A stretch of DNA of 62,994 bases, the filler included, from Hyphochytrium catenoides (lineage: Eukaryota; Protista; Hyphochytriomycota): NCBI GenBank assembly GCA_900088475.1. It is 12 parts of 12 records of this genome, joined end to end, with 100 filler letters (N's around TTAATTAATTAA, not from the genome) between each part and the next. Parts side by side here need not be neighbours in the genome. Positions count along the whole stretch, not along the records: positions 30,276 to 39,878 come from FLMG01000224.1; positions 39,979 to 41,797 come from FLMG01001169.1; positions 41,898 to 43,120 come from FLMG01001233.1; positions 43,221 to 46,417 come from FLMG01002113.1; positions 46,518 to 47,790 come from FLMG01001617.1; 7 more parts are not named here. One strand, 5' to 3'. How positions within the stretch are numbered: position 1 is the first letter of the stretch; the number at the start of each line of letters is the position of its first letter. Below are positions 35,335 to 47,790 of this stretch, one piece after another. The translations under genes were made by a program, and so were the position numbers. Under the pieces are notes generated by a model. That model worked only from the letters and a program-made list of their open reading frames with translations, did no database searches and was not told the DNA's origin.

Positions 35335-36612
35335 ATGGCCACCTATGCCTGCCGCCGGTGTCGAACGACTCTTTTTAGATGTGAAGATCTGGAAAGCCAT
35401 GAGGCGGCGCGGAAGCCATACAATGGCATGGTAAGCTCCGCACTTCAAGAGCTCGTCTGAGACTATAGCGGTGAGCTCTAACCCTCTTTCTTCAGGGCAA
35501 GCAGCGGGGATTCGGCTGTAGTTCATACTTTCTAAACTCCTCGGCCCCTTCAGCTGAGGAACTGATAGCAAGAGCGGTGGGCACCGAGGATGGCATCTCC
35601 GGCAAGCTTGTATGTCCCAAAAGCTCATGCGGTAGCCGCATTGGCTCCTTTAACTGGTCTGGAGAGGCATGCTCCTGTAAGTCCGAGTGTGCTCCTGTCC
35701 CAAGGTGTCTTCGTGTAGGCTGTCAATAGGAAGCGCTCGCCTTTCACCTCGGTGCTTTCCTCATGTCGTTTTTCTTCTATTAGGTGGCGCATGGGTTACT
35801 CCCGCTGTACAAGTCGTTAAGAGCAAGGTGGACGAAAAGAAGCCCTTAAGTGCTCTGTTACCCACCGAGACAGTGGTCGTCCCACGAGTAGTAGGAGAAA
35901 CCGTCCTGTTCCAGCGACGAGTGGCCGCGCACGAGACACAGAACGAAGAAGAGAAGAAGCAGGATGACGATGGCCCAGGAGAAAGAGCGGGAGAGCCATT
36001 GGAAGAAAAGCCATCCACGTGGACAGATCAGAGTAGTCAGGATGATGATCCTCCCTCTATTAGCTCACAAGAGACAGAGAGAGAAACAGAACAGATCGGG
36101 AGCCTTATGGAGAAGCTCTTACGGAGCTCCAGTGTAGTGCATTTCCCTAGTGAAGTGTGTCGAGGGCTGCTGGAGTCATATATAGCGTCCGACTTTCAGC
36201 GCCTGGAAGCGCTTCTTGCACAGGAAGTAACATTCGACAGCCCCAAAGGAGTTCTGGAAGGGAAAGAGAAGACGATGCAACTACTGAGACTGGGAAGGCA
36301 AAAGGTGTGCGCACACTGCAAACTTCGTTGGGCTCCTTACTTGAAAAGAAGTTGCTAATTCTCTCCGATCTCTTTATGTCTTACGGGCGCTTCGGTCGCT
36401 CTTTATTTCTTACGCTACATGGGACCCTCTTTCAATTCCTGCAGCTTGCGGCCTCCACTCTGCGAGTACTGGAGGTCAGCTTTGTCGCCTACGACAAGGC
36501 ATGCGGCCGCTTGGAAGTGCAGACTCCCACCCAGACCTTCGTCTTAGAAGACACGGTAACTGTGCGCAATAGGGTGGTGCACAACCTTGTGCGCAAGAGG
36601 GTAGCTGGATAG
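35335..36612 (+). CDS. Yvh1/DUSP12-type zinc-binding domain fused to a SnoaL/NTF2-like domain, 4 exons
   Basis: Exons 35335-35430, 35496-35676, 35784-36304 and 36445-36612 are GT-AG and in phase. N-term: YACRRCRTTLF...H...CSSYF...GKLVCPKSSCGSRIGSFNWSGEACSCGAWVTPAVQVVKSKVD. C-term: LLESYIASDFQRLEALLAQEVTFDSPKGVLEGKEK...EDTVTVRNRVV. Confidence 0.85.
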
Positions 36613-37496
36613 ACAGGATCTGAGATCGCGCATCGGCCTAAAGTACTGTTTCCCAAGAGTACACGGAGTTGTCACGATCACAACCAAGAGGCCACGCTTT
36701 GAGAGCACTATTGCTCTCGACAGAGGCCCTAAACCCTCTCTTGGCGACGGCGAGGGCAATCTGTCAATCGGAGCTGAAGGCGGTGCGGCAGCGTTTCGAA
36801 CTACAACTGTAAAAAGAAGCCGATCACTCATGCAGGAGCATGGACCGCTCCATCCTCAGCTCCCTTTCCATCTGCCGAAGGCTTTCTTGGAAAAAAAGCT
36901 CCAGCTTAGCTGGGTAGAAGCTGCCACAAGTGCCAACGAAGGAGAAGAGGAGCTATGAGCCCAAAAATCAAACGGAAAGCCGCTTGTGGGAGGCCAGAAG
37001 AAACACACTTACTCTCCACTTTCAACCCTGCTCCTAAGGTCTAGTGGGAAGGCGCTCTGAAGTAGCTTATCGTACTCCTGTTCCTGCGGCAAGGAAGATG
37101 CATGATATCAGCTTTTGAAAGGGTTATTGGAGAATATCTCGTTATCTTATCAGCAGAACTTCCAGATTATGACTAATAAAATAGCTGCTTCAAGGTCTCA
37201 CCTGTGTCTTCTTCTGCTCGTCCATGCTCTTCCTACTTACCTCAGCTTGCGTCTTGCTGACAACACAACCCCTAAGTTATATGTTCAAATACAACGGGTC
37301 AGCCCCTTGACGACGACACGGAACTGAACGAGGTAGGAAGATCAGAGGGTTCCAGGACAGCAGGGGCATAACAGAGCTTCCCGCTTTGCCGCTTATGCCG
37401 GCTGCCACATGACCCTAAATAGACCTTAGGATGCAAGAGGAACAGGAAAACGATGGAGCTTTTGACGGAACAGAAGAGCGAAAGCGCTATGGTGAA

Positions 37497-38704
37497 CTAT
37501 CGACCGGACCTAAAGGCGTCTGCCACATTGTTTAGAATAGCCGCGTCCTGCAGCTGCTGCATGGTGGGAGGGGCGCCGGAGACCGCACTGTGTGGAAATA
37601 GAGCGGGGTGCCAAGGTTGCTCCACGTCCCGTCGCCTCAATGGAGGAATTCTGCGTAGGTTCTCCATCATCCGCGTCCAGCTCTCAGACGAATTGACAGC
37701 AGCTTCTTCCATCGGCCCGCTTCCTACTGCAAAAAAGAGTAGAGTGCCAAAAACGGACCATTCTAAGGAAGAGCAAGGTACATAGCTGCGAGGCAGGGTA
37801 GCCGAAAGATGCCAGACTACAAAGCATGCGAGTGCGCTATCAGATGACAAAAGAACGAGCAAAAAGAAGGTGAAAGTCAAGAACAGCCAGGCACGGCTTT
37901 TACTTATGGTCCTTTGCTGGTAAGCGTTTCTCCTAGTCGATAGAGACAGCGCAGATAAAATACCTTGTATGCTGTTCTCATTTAACCTCTGGGACATCTC
38001 CTCTACGACGGCTATCATGCTCCGCCGGGCAGTGAAAGCGGGCACCGCGGAAGATAGCTGATAAGATGGTAAGACAGAAGATAGGGACGAAGAGGGCGAA
38101 GAATGGAACGGAAGTAGGTTATGCTAGGTGAGGAGAACACATTGCTTAGACGTGCGACGGTGTCTCTCTTTCTGACCTCTATACGCAGCAGAACATAAGG
38201 GAATTCAAAGCCTATGAATGGGGAGGTTCCAGTCTTATCTCCAGCCAAGGTTCCCGCATCACCTGAACGGACAGATTTAGAGGCAGAGCAAGATTAGGAC
38301 AGGTAAAGAGATACCTATACCTCGTCAATGAAGAAAGAAGAAAGTGAAGAAGCGAGGGAGTGACTGTAAAGCTACCTTCAGGGTTGGCGGCTGCCTTGTT
38401 CGGATAGTGGATCTGCATGATCTCTCTATGATCTGCAATGTAGATGTGCCGACTGTCGAAGCAGAAGAAGAGCCCCGTCTCGCGCTCGTCTGGGGTCTCT
38501 AATCCACCCGACACGTCAGCTCGAGGAAGAGGGGCTTTCCTAACATCAACTTCACTATAGAAGAGAGAAGACAGATGAGGCAGGCATCGAGGAGCGCGCG
38601 ACAGAGAGAGTTCATGAGTATAGTGAGGAGGCCAAAAGGAGAGGATTTGAGAGAGAAAGAGAGAGCAGAGAGAGAGCGAGAGAGGGAGAGGGAGAGGGAG
38701 AGAG

Positions 38705-38768
<64 letters not shown>

Positions 38769-39277
38769 GAGGGGGAACAGGACTGCCATAGTTACCTTGC
38801 GGCAGGTGGCTCTCTAGTGAGTGAGATAAGTGCCATTTCAAAAGGAACCTTTTCTACAAGTAACTTATCCGTCCTTCGTCGACGACGTCTATTGTCTCTA
38901 GAGCCAGGACCAGCGCCATTGCTGGTCTCCATAGCTACAGGTAGAGAAGGATGAGACTCCTCAAAATCTCCATCACCTCCCAGTCCCTCCTGCTGTTTTG
39001 GAGCCTCTAGCATCAATCGGCAAACCACTGGCGGGTTCCCATGCCAGAAGCTGCATGACCCGTTCCGTATCCCCATATAAACATGGGTGTTGCTGTTGTC
39101 TAGAGCAACAGGACAGAGGAACAAGGAGCGACAACCTGCTTTAGCTGTGCCCCACGTGCAACCAGAAATAAACTCCAAAGACTTACTCGATAGAGACTTC
39201 GGCGGCCACTCATTCACATCCTGCGCCTTCCGCAGCCAGGGCAGGGTGCCCAAGAACTTCTCGATGTCCATACCCAA
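37497..39277 (-). CDS. Hypothetical multi-exon protein (start uncertain)
   Basis: Several non-repetitive ORF segments are linked by GT-AG introns with CT-rich tracts (e.g. ...ANPEG/DAGTLAGDKTGTSPFIGFEFPYVLLRIE/...). No family recognised. Confidence 0.45.
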
Positions 39278-40168
39278 CGTAGTGTGGCTATCGCCACATT
39301 CTACCAGCCCTATGCCTTAGCCCCCACCGCAGACTACGAACATAAACTCCTACAAAGCTTCAAAACATGATCCCATGAGACCAGAGAGCTCCCCAATCTG
39401 CGGCGACGAATGGAACCACACTGTTCTGTTGGCTCTCCTCTTTCATAAACAATAATCGAAAACGCGTTCCCGCCAGATTTCCATTTCTGAAGCTTTCGCA
39501 TTGCACCAAATGCGATGAGGGTTTCCGTTAGCGGCTAACAGCAAGTCCGGTAACGGCCTCCTTGAACTTCAACCTTCCTCTGCTGCTTGGTGGCGTGCCG
39601 TCCTTGGTCTCTGCCCACGGATCTCTCCGAAATCTCTCTCTTCTTCTTGCTCGAAGGCCATCATAAGGCATTTTGAGAGGTTTGGGGCGCTCTGCTCATC
39701 AACCTTATCTGCCTTTGGAATGCGTATAGCAGAATGGAGCCAGTGGGGTTGGAGGTGCGAAGCCTCAGAGTGCGGGCCAAATGTTTGATGGCTTCTGTGC
39801 TTGCTTTGTTCTGTCTCTTGGTAGGGAGAGGGCCTGTCTCTGGCAGGGAGGTCGAGGGCCATGGAGCGAGAGAAGAGCNNNNNNNNNNNNNNNNNNNNNN
39901 NNNNNNNNNNNNNNNNNNNNNNTTAATTAATTAANNNNNNNNNNNNNNNNNNNNNNNNNNNNNNNNNNNNNNNNNNNNAGAGAGAGAGAGAGAAGAGAGA
40001 GAGAAGGACCAAACAAGGGAGAGCAAGAAAGAGAGCAAGAAAGAGAGGGAGAACACGCGTTTCAGTGAGACGGAAAATCAAGAGAGAGGCGGAAACATGA
40101 ACAGAGAGAGTGACAAAGAGAAAGAAAGAGAGAAAAGAGAGAGAGAGACAGCGTAGCTCATCCCATAC

Positions 40169-40499
40169 TTAAGGTTCGTGAGAATGAAGAAGAGAGACTG
40201 AATCATCTGGTGCAACTCTTCCTTGGAGACTCTCCCGTCATCGTCCAGGTCAATCAGTTTGAACCCAAACTCCAGTTTCTCTTCTGTGCTCCCGCAGAGT
40301 GTCAACAGCATCCAGTTGAAGAAATCGTAGAAGTCAATGTATCCGTCACGATCGCGGTCCAGCGCCTGCAGGAGAGAGAGAGAGAAAAGAGAGAGAAAAG
40401 AGAGAGAAAAGAGAGAGAAGAGAGAGCGAAGAGAGAAAGAGAGAGAGAGAGCGAGAGAGAAGAGAGAGAGAGAGAGAGAAGAGAGAGAAGAGAGAGAGA

Positions 40500-40538
<39 letters not shown>

Positions 40539-41424
40539 AGAAAAAAGAGAGAGAGAGAGAAGAGAGAGAGGGAGAGAGAAGAGAGAGAGAAGAGAGAAAG
40601 GGAGAGAGAGAGAGAGAGAGCGAGAGAGAGCGAGAGAAGAGAGAGAAGAGAGAGAGGAAAGAGAAAGAGAGAGAGAGAGAGAGCGAGAAAGAGAGAGAGA
40701 GAGGGAGAGTGAGGGGAGACGAGAGGGAAGTGCAGAGTGAAAGAGAGAAAAGAGAATATAAGATGGGAAAAGGAGGAAAATGAGAAAGAGCAAATGAAAG
40801 AGAGAGAGATTGAACAGAGAGATGGAGAGAGGGTGGAGAGAGGGAGAGAGAGGGAGATGGGAGAGAGGGAGCGAGAATGGATTGATCACAAGAGAGAGAG
40901 AGAGGAGAGAACGAACAGAGAGACACAGAATGAAGTAGAAAGAATGAAGAGAGAGAAGAAGAAACAGATATTTTAAGAGAAAGAGAGGGAGCAAGATGGG
41001 GAGAGAGTGCCAGTGTGAGAGGGAGACTTTGCCGATGAGATGACTAAATTTCGATAGAAAGAGATATGAAAAGGAGAGAGACAGAGCCCGAAAAGAGAAA
41101 ACTGGTAAAAGAACAAAATGGCGAGAGAGAAAAGACCGGGAAAGGAAGGCGCAAGAGAGTGGAAAGAAGAGCAGACGAGCGAGAGAAGAGCTCATGAAAG
41201 AGAGAGCGAGATCAAGGGAGAGAGAGAGAGAGAGAGAAAGAATGGGGAGAAAGACAAACAAACGAAACACAGAGACAGAGAGAGAGAGAGAGAAGATAAG
41301 TCGAGAGAGGAAGACTGACGTGATAGGAGAGCGAGAGAGAAAGAGATTAGGAGCCTTTACATGGAAGAGAAAGACTGCCAACGGCGAGTTATTTGTCCCC
41401 AAGACGCCCAGAGCCTTCGAGAAC
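40169..41424 (-). CDS. EF-hand calcium sensor (NCS/calcineurin-B-like), partial, 2 exons
   Basis: Exons 41361-41424 and 40169-40365 give FSKALGVLGTNNSPLAVFLFH/ALDRDRDGYIDFYDF...GSTEEKLEFGFKLIDLDDDGRVSKEEL, with two canonical EF-hand loops. Confidence 0.88.
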
Positions 41425-41713
41425 CTAGAAATGAGAGAGAGAGAGAGAAAGCGAAAGCGAGAAAGGGAGAGAGAAAGAGTCAGAGAAGGAGAGGAAGAGA
41501 AGCACGAGAAGGCAAAAGAGAGAAACAGCGCAAGAGAAAGGCTAAGCTATACTAAGAGAGAGAGTAGAGGGAAGTACTAGTGTTAACCAGGAGAAAGAAG
41601 TGGCTAAGGCGGTTAAAGGGAGAGTATGGGGAGAGAGAGAGAGAGAGAGAGGAGAGAGAGGGAGAGAAAAAGAAGGAGAGAGAGACACACACAGAGACAG
41701 AGACAGAGAAACG

Positions 41714-41769
<56 letters not shown>

Positions 41770-42626
41770 AAGAAAGGAAGGGCAAAAGAGAGTAAGANNN
41801 NNNNNNNNNNNNNNNNNNNNNNNNNNNNNNNNNNNNNNNNNTTAATTAATTAANNNNNNNNNNNNNNNNNNNNNNNNNNNNNNNNNNNNNNNNNNNNTCA
41901 CGACCAACTGCGAGTGTGGGCCTAACATAACCTGATGAAGTTTACAGAGATGGGTGGCAATGCCTGAAGCTTCTGTATGAGCACAATCTAGATACAATGA
42001 TAACAAAGGGACTTGGTATTGATGTGTGATGGAGATTTCTCTGATTGATGACTCAATCCTGAGAGCCTGGTCTGGACTCGAGATATTTTGCTCGGCCCAG
42101 CTTCCCTCATCATCTCTCTCTCCTCTGCTGCTCCTGTGTTCTTCTGGAAATTCTTCTCACATCCCTCTTTCCCATAACACAGGTGTACCCGTAACGTCTA
42201 TGTCCCTGAGAGCTAGGTGTGTATAGAGAGTGACTACTGTACTACTGACAACGAACATAGTAGCACTCAACAACGTCATCCTTCTCCTAACACAACCCAC
42301 CACCCAGCACTGCAAAACGTCAGTCTTCTTTAGAAGCTTCAACATTCTGCGATGGGTTGGGTCATGATATACTGCCTGATAGTGGTTCAGACAGAGGTCC
42401 TGTCCACGGCGTGGGCGACGCTTACATTTGGGAATAAGACAGGGTAGGGTGGAGAGGAATCGGTGTCTTCTTAACAGGTGAAAGTGTGGGGTGGTGGTGG
42501 AGCTGAGGAGAGTTCTCAGTCTCAGAGGAAAAATAAGAGGACAACGTGAGCCCCATGATGTTGACGGATGAAAACCTTCGTTTGTTGCCTTGATTACTAG
42601 ATGAAAAAGGACAACGTGAGTCCTCC

Positions 42627-42929
42627 TTACTCAGACGCGAGGGCAGGTGTCGCTTCTTCTTCTTGTCTCTCTATCTCCTGGAGTCTCTTTACTAATTCAT
42701 TTCTCATCCCTCTCAGTCTCCTCAGAACCCTTTGCTTGTGCTTGATCTTCCGGATGTTCCTTTCCACTACCAGCTTTTCCACCATCACCTCTACAGAAGC
42801 ATTCAGTCTTCTCAGAAAATCCCAGAGTTGGTCTGACTCGTTGAGGAATGCTGGCTCCAAAGCGTCTTCAATAATGGACTCGTTATCAGAGCCCTGGGGT
42901 GAGTTGGGTGGAGTGTCTGCTGGTGCCAT
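42627..42929 (-). CDS. Small hypothetical coiled-coil protein (100 aa)
   Basis: ATG-to-stop ORF with non-repetitive, helical/coiled-coil-like sequence; no family recognised. Confidence 0.35.
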   Translation of the reverse strand: MAPADTPPNSPQGSDNESIIEDALEPAFLNESDQLWDFLRRLNASVEVMVEKLVVERNIRKIKHKQRVLRRLRGMRNELVKRLQEIERQEEEATPALASE

Positions 42930-43423
42930 GTCTTCGAGATAAAAATGGTTGAAAGGACTGGACCCACTTGTGCTTCGGTAGGAAAGTTCTGTTGAACTGT
43001 GATCGACGCTGAAACCAAAAGTGTACAGCGGACGACGCAGAGGGGAAATCCCTGGTATATAAACAAAAACGGAGGTTAGTCAAGTGTACGTTTGGTGTAT
43101 GGTGCATACTGGTTAGGGTGNNNNNNNNNNNNNNNNNNNNNNNNNNNNNNNNNNNNNNNNNNNNTTAATTAATTAANNNNNNNNNNNNNNNNNNNNNNNN
43201 NNNNNNNNNNNNNNNNNNNNGAGAGAGAGAGAGAGAGAGAGAGAAAAAGAAGCTAACGCTTCCCAGAGCGGATCTAAGCGGCGCATGAAAGAGAGACAAC
43301 GAGAGACAAAAAGTGTAAGAGAGACAAAGAAGAAGCAGAAGGAGAGTGACAACGAGGAGGGAACAAGGAAGAGACAGCAGGAAAAAACAAGGAAGAGACA
43401 GCAGGAAAAAACACCTCCCTCAC

Positions 43424-44980
43424 CTTCTTGCCAAACGCCCCAGGAGGGGTAGCGTCCGCCACCGAGGGAGACACTCCCTCATATCCGCCTCCCCCGGCAC
43501 TCATCTTGCCCCCACCGGCTCCTCCTTGGGGAGAGAGATGCGGATGAGAGAGAGAGGCTGCCATGGGAATCGCCGTAGGAACCACCCCCATCCCTACCCC
43601 GGGGATCATCCCCAGGCCCCAGCCGACCCCCAGGGCAAAGTTAGAAGAGAGAGGCTGGAAAGAAGAGGAAGAAGAGAGAGAAGAAAAGGGGGAAGAAGAG
43701 ACATGATGATGAGGGAAAGAAGAAGAAGAGAGAACCATTCTCTGCAGATAATTCTGCTGCTGTTGCTGATATTGAAGCAGCTTGGAAGGATCATACACAG
43801 GGAAAGAAGAGGGAGAGAGAGACGATGGAGGAGGAGGAGACGGACCCGCAGGAGGAGACGGACCCGCAGGAGGAGACGAAGAAGAAGAAGAAGAGAGATG
43901 AGGATGAAAGCCCGTTGGCTGTTGAAAGTGAGAAGAAGAGGAAGAAGAGAAAGACTCTTCCAGTTTCTTTCCCGTTGTCTCTCCTCCTCCCCCGCCGTGA
44001 CCTTCAAGTCTCTTCCCTCCTCGCGTGTTTCCTCTCTTATGGTTGGCATTCGTAACGGGGGAAGGATGTCTAACCGTAGACTGGGAGAGAACAGAAAACT
44101 CTTCTCCTCCTCTCTCTCCTCCCCTTCTTCCTCCTCCTGGTCCAAAAGAAGAAGAAGAAGAAGAAGAGAAAGAGGAGGGCGCGATAAACTCTGGCGCGTT
44201 ATAGTTTAGCCCCGAGCCATGGGCGCCTAGGTCAAGATCTAGGGCAGAGAGAGAGAGAGAAGGAGAAGAAGAGGAGTTACTCTCTTCTCCTCGTTTCTCT
44301 CTCTTTCCTTCTCCCCTTTCTCCTCCTTGAAGCTCCGTTGGCTGGAAAGAGCCAAAAGTCATGAGACCCGAGTACGCTTCTCTCTCGGAAGTCTCTCCTC
44401 TCTCTTGTCCCTCTGTCTTCAGACCTGAAGAAGAAGAGGAAGAGAGAGGATAGAATGGATGCTTCTCTCCTTCTCTCTTCTTTTCCACCGACGAGGTGGA
44501 GGGAGGGGCGCTCCACAAGCCAGCGGAAGAGGAAGAAGAAGAGACATCGCTGCCATAACTCTCTCTCCCTCCTATTTTCCCTCCTGCCACGGCATCGGGA
44601 GAGACTTCAAGCGGAGGGAGAGAAGGAAGAAGAAGGTTTACATTTCCTCCCCCATCTTCCAAAGGAAAAGGGAGAGACGCAATGTTGGGAGACCAGACGC
44701 GAAGACGGGAAGACTCTTGTTGAGGCTGAGAAGAGAGAGAGTTCCATCCTCCTCTCTCTCCTGCTCTCTCTCCTCCTCCTCCGAGAGGGAGAGAGGCTGA
44801 AGTGGATGATTCTCTCCTGGGGAGAGCGGGAGAAGAATAATCGTGGCGCTGGTGGCCTTTCTCTCCCTCTTCACTTGTCTCTCTTCCGGCGTTATTTTCG
44901 AGAGACAGAGAGTTCATCTTCTCCGGGAGAACATTTCCCCATCCTCCATAAGAAGAGGAGACAGTCGCACCTCCTTCCAT
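43424..44980 (-). CDS. First exon of a large low-complexity protein with a PAM2-like motif (3' part missing)
   Basis: 519 open codons from ATG to a phase-0 GTGAGG donor; Ser/Gly/Gln-rich; contains GLNYNAPEFIAP. Confidence 0.6.
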
Positions 44981-45720
44981 AACCGCAGAAAAGAGAGAGA
45001 GACAGAGAAAAAGAATATCAAAGGATACAGATCACCCGCAGATCCCACAAAGGGAAAGAGAAAGAGGAGAAAGAGAGAGAAGGGAACTAACGAGTTCTCT
45101 CTCTCTTTCTCGAAGCAGCTTTGATAGAAAGACAAATAGTTGAGCTTCAGCCCCTAACGGCAGAGAAAGAGAGACATCCTCTGGTCTCTTTCTCTCTTTG
45201 TTCCTACGACACTATCTCTTTCGGTGGGTGCGCGCTATCGCAACTGCAGCGGCGAGAGAGAGAGAAAAGATGTAGAGAAATGCGCGCTGTAGCTCCAGAG
45301 AGAGAGAGAGAGAGAGAGAAAGAGAAAGAGTCCCTTGGTCTTTCGCTTCAGTTGCTTTGAGAGTCACGGCCCCTCGTTCATCGGTCCAGCCCCACACTAC
45401 CTGGCACAAAAGTGCAACTCAAATCAGTGCGTCTCTCTCTTTCTCTCTCTCTCTCTCTCTGTCCTTTCTCCCTTTGTCTACATCTTTCTCTCTCTCTCTC
45501 TTGCTTCTTGCTCTGAGACAGAGAACGGGTAACAGGGGATGGCGGCAAACAGCCGCAGCACAGAGAGGCAGGAGAGAAAGGGAGAGAGAAAGAGAGAGAG
45601 AGAACAGCGTGAGATAAGACAGCAAGAGAAGGAAAGCCGACGCGGTGGAAGAGAAAGAGTTGGGAAGAGAGATTTCGCATGTGACAGGAGAGGGAACGAT
45701 GCAAGTAGAAAGAGGGAGAA

Positions 45721-45766
<46 letters not shown>

Positions 45767-45815
45767 TGAGAGAGAAAGAGAGGAAGAGAGAGAGAAAGAG
45801 AGAGAGTGAGTGTGC

Positions 45816-45848
<33 letters not shown>

Positions 45849-47231
45849 AAAACGAGAGAGAGAGAGGGAGGGAGGAGGGGGGACACCCAATGCTCTTTTC
45901 TTACACTTCGGTACGAGGGTAGGATGGCAGCCTTCTGAGCGGGTAGGGCCAGAGGGCTTAGTACTAAAGTAAGATCAAGCCCATCCACCCTTCCTTATAA
46001 TGGGTTGGTCGGTCGATGCCTAAGAGTTCTTTAGTGAGTCCGAGCAACGGGTCAAACACCTTCAAAAGCAAGGCAACACCATCAACACCTAAACGGCGGA
46101 ACATCTTCGAGTATAGTTTTATGTAGGTTTTTTGACCCTTTATGTCAAAGTGAACAATATTTAAAATAAAGAAATAACAAAACAATTAACATTTTGGTTA
46201 CTCCTTCTAAGTTTTCTTTTATGCCTACTCAATAAAAATTGAGGAGTGACTTCCTAGTTAGTAGACACTGTCTAGAGAATATATGAAGAAATGTACTATT
46301 TATACGGAAGAGCATTATCTTTTTTAACTTTTCTCCGAATTGAGACAACTGGCCAATGAGATGGGACCTTACGGCAGCTTTATCGGAGACAAATAGGATT
46401 TGTGAAGGGAATTGAACNNNNNNNNNNNNNNNNNNNNNNNNNNNNNNNNNNNNNNNNNNNNTTAATTAATTAANNNNNNNNNNNNNNNNNNNNNNNNNNN
46501 NNNNNNNNNNNNNNNNNCGCAGAGGGAATAACCACAAACACTCTCCCTCCCAGTTTATTAGTAGGAAGATGGGGCGATTATCATCAGACATCTTGTTAGA
46601 CGGAACACTCTGAAGAAGAACTGAATGGCCTCATCTCTTCAATAAATGAGGAGGACGAGCGAGTCTTCTAAGCGGTCTGAATAAACGAGATGGTCCAAAG
46701 CGGATAGAAGATCACATTGACATCACGTCGAGATATTAGCATTGTCCTTTCATCCTAAGTAGAAGTAGCTAATGCATGATGACAACTAAGACTTAAGTTC
46801 TATCGCTAAAGATGCTCATAGCTGTTCGAAAGGAGAGACGGGGACGAGACGCCGCGTGATGCGAAGGAGATAATGGGTGGGACATGATAGAGCTAATCTA
46901 TAAGCTGAAGTGCAAGTTATTCTCCTCCCCAGCTACGTAACAGATGGACCAAGATTAGCCTTCAAAAGGTAACAGAAGATTGAACGCTAGTAGTCCGTCC
47001 TACAGTTCGTTCTGTCTCTTCTTCTTAGCTGACGCCAACTTCTTTCGTAGAGCTATTGGGTTCTTCGTAAATCTTCTGCCTTCGTCCCTTGGTTAGTAAC
47101 GGCGCTCTTCTGCGGAGGAACCTCACAACATAACTTTCCGGCGCTCAAGCAACCACCCCGCGGACAACCCAACGGACGAAGGCCACAAAGTCTCATCGTT
47201 CAATAAGGTAGTACCCATCCACCACGCGACG

Positions 47232-47790
47232 ATGGTCTCAACACGCAACGCTTTCTTTGCTCTGCTCGTGGCCTTCTTGGCGGGTGGCGTCAGGTCAGAA
47301 GACCAGCAAGCGGCCGTAATCAGTCCACAGGATGTGGTCCCTAAGAAAATCGTAGGACCGAATGACCTTGTTGTCGTCAAGGCTGACGGTAGCAATGTGC
47401 CAGCTAAATTTACTACTGGACTGAAGGCCTATGGATACCTGTCAATGGGTTGCACTGTCACACATATTGGCAATGGCCTTGCCCTTACTGCTGGGCATTG
47501 CTTCCTAGACCAGGGACAGAAAGTACGTGACAAGAGCTGTGCCGGAACCACAGTGAAGTGGGGTTACTTCGCAGACAAGGCTCCGTATCTCACTGGAAAC
47601 TGCGTGAAGATTCTTGCTGGCGAGCTGAGCAGCAGCAGAGACTACGCTATCATTTCCGTGGATCCTCGGCCTGCTGCATCCATTGGCATTGATGCGCGTG
47701 CACGGTCTGCGGATAACACTCTTCTCACCATGTTTGGTCATCCCGATGGTCGCCCCCTCGAATGGTCCCAATACTGCCGCCTGGAGTCAA
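47232..47790 (+). CDS. Secreted trypsin-like (S1) serine protease, bacterial type; truncated by the contig end
   Basis: Signal peptide, KIVGPNDL, GCTVTHIGNGLALTAGHCF (catalytic His), DYAII (catalytic Asp) and FGHP. The Ser motif lies beyond the contig. Confidence 0.88.

Noticed and set aside
40078-41853. Long Ser/Leu or Arg/Glu ORFs (also at 3320-3835, 29366-30049, 54201-55533 and elsewhere)
   Set aside because: They are translations of CT/GA or CTT/GAA microsatellites that lack stop codons.
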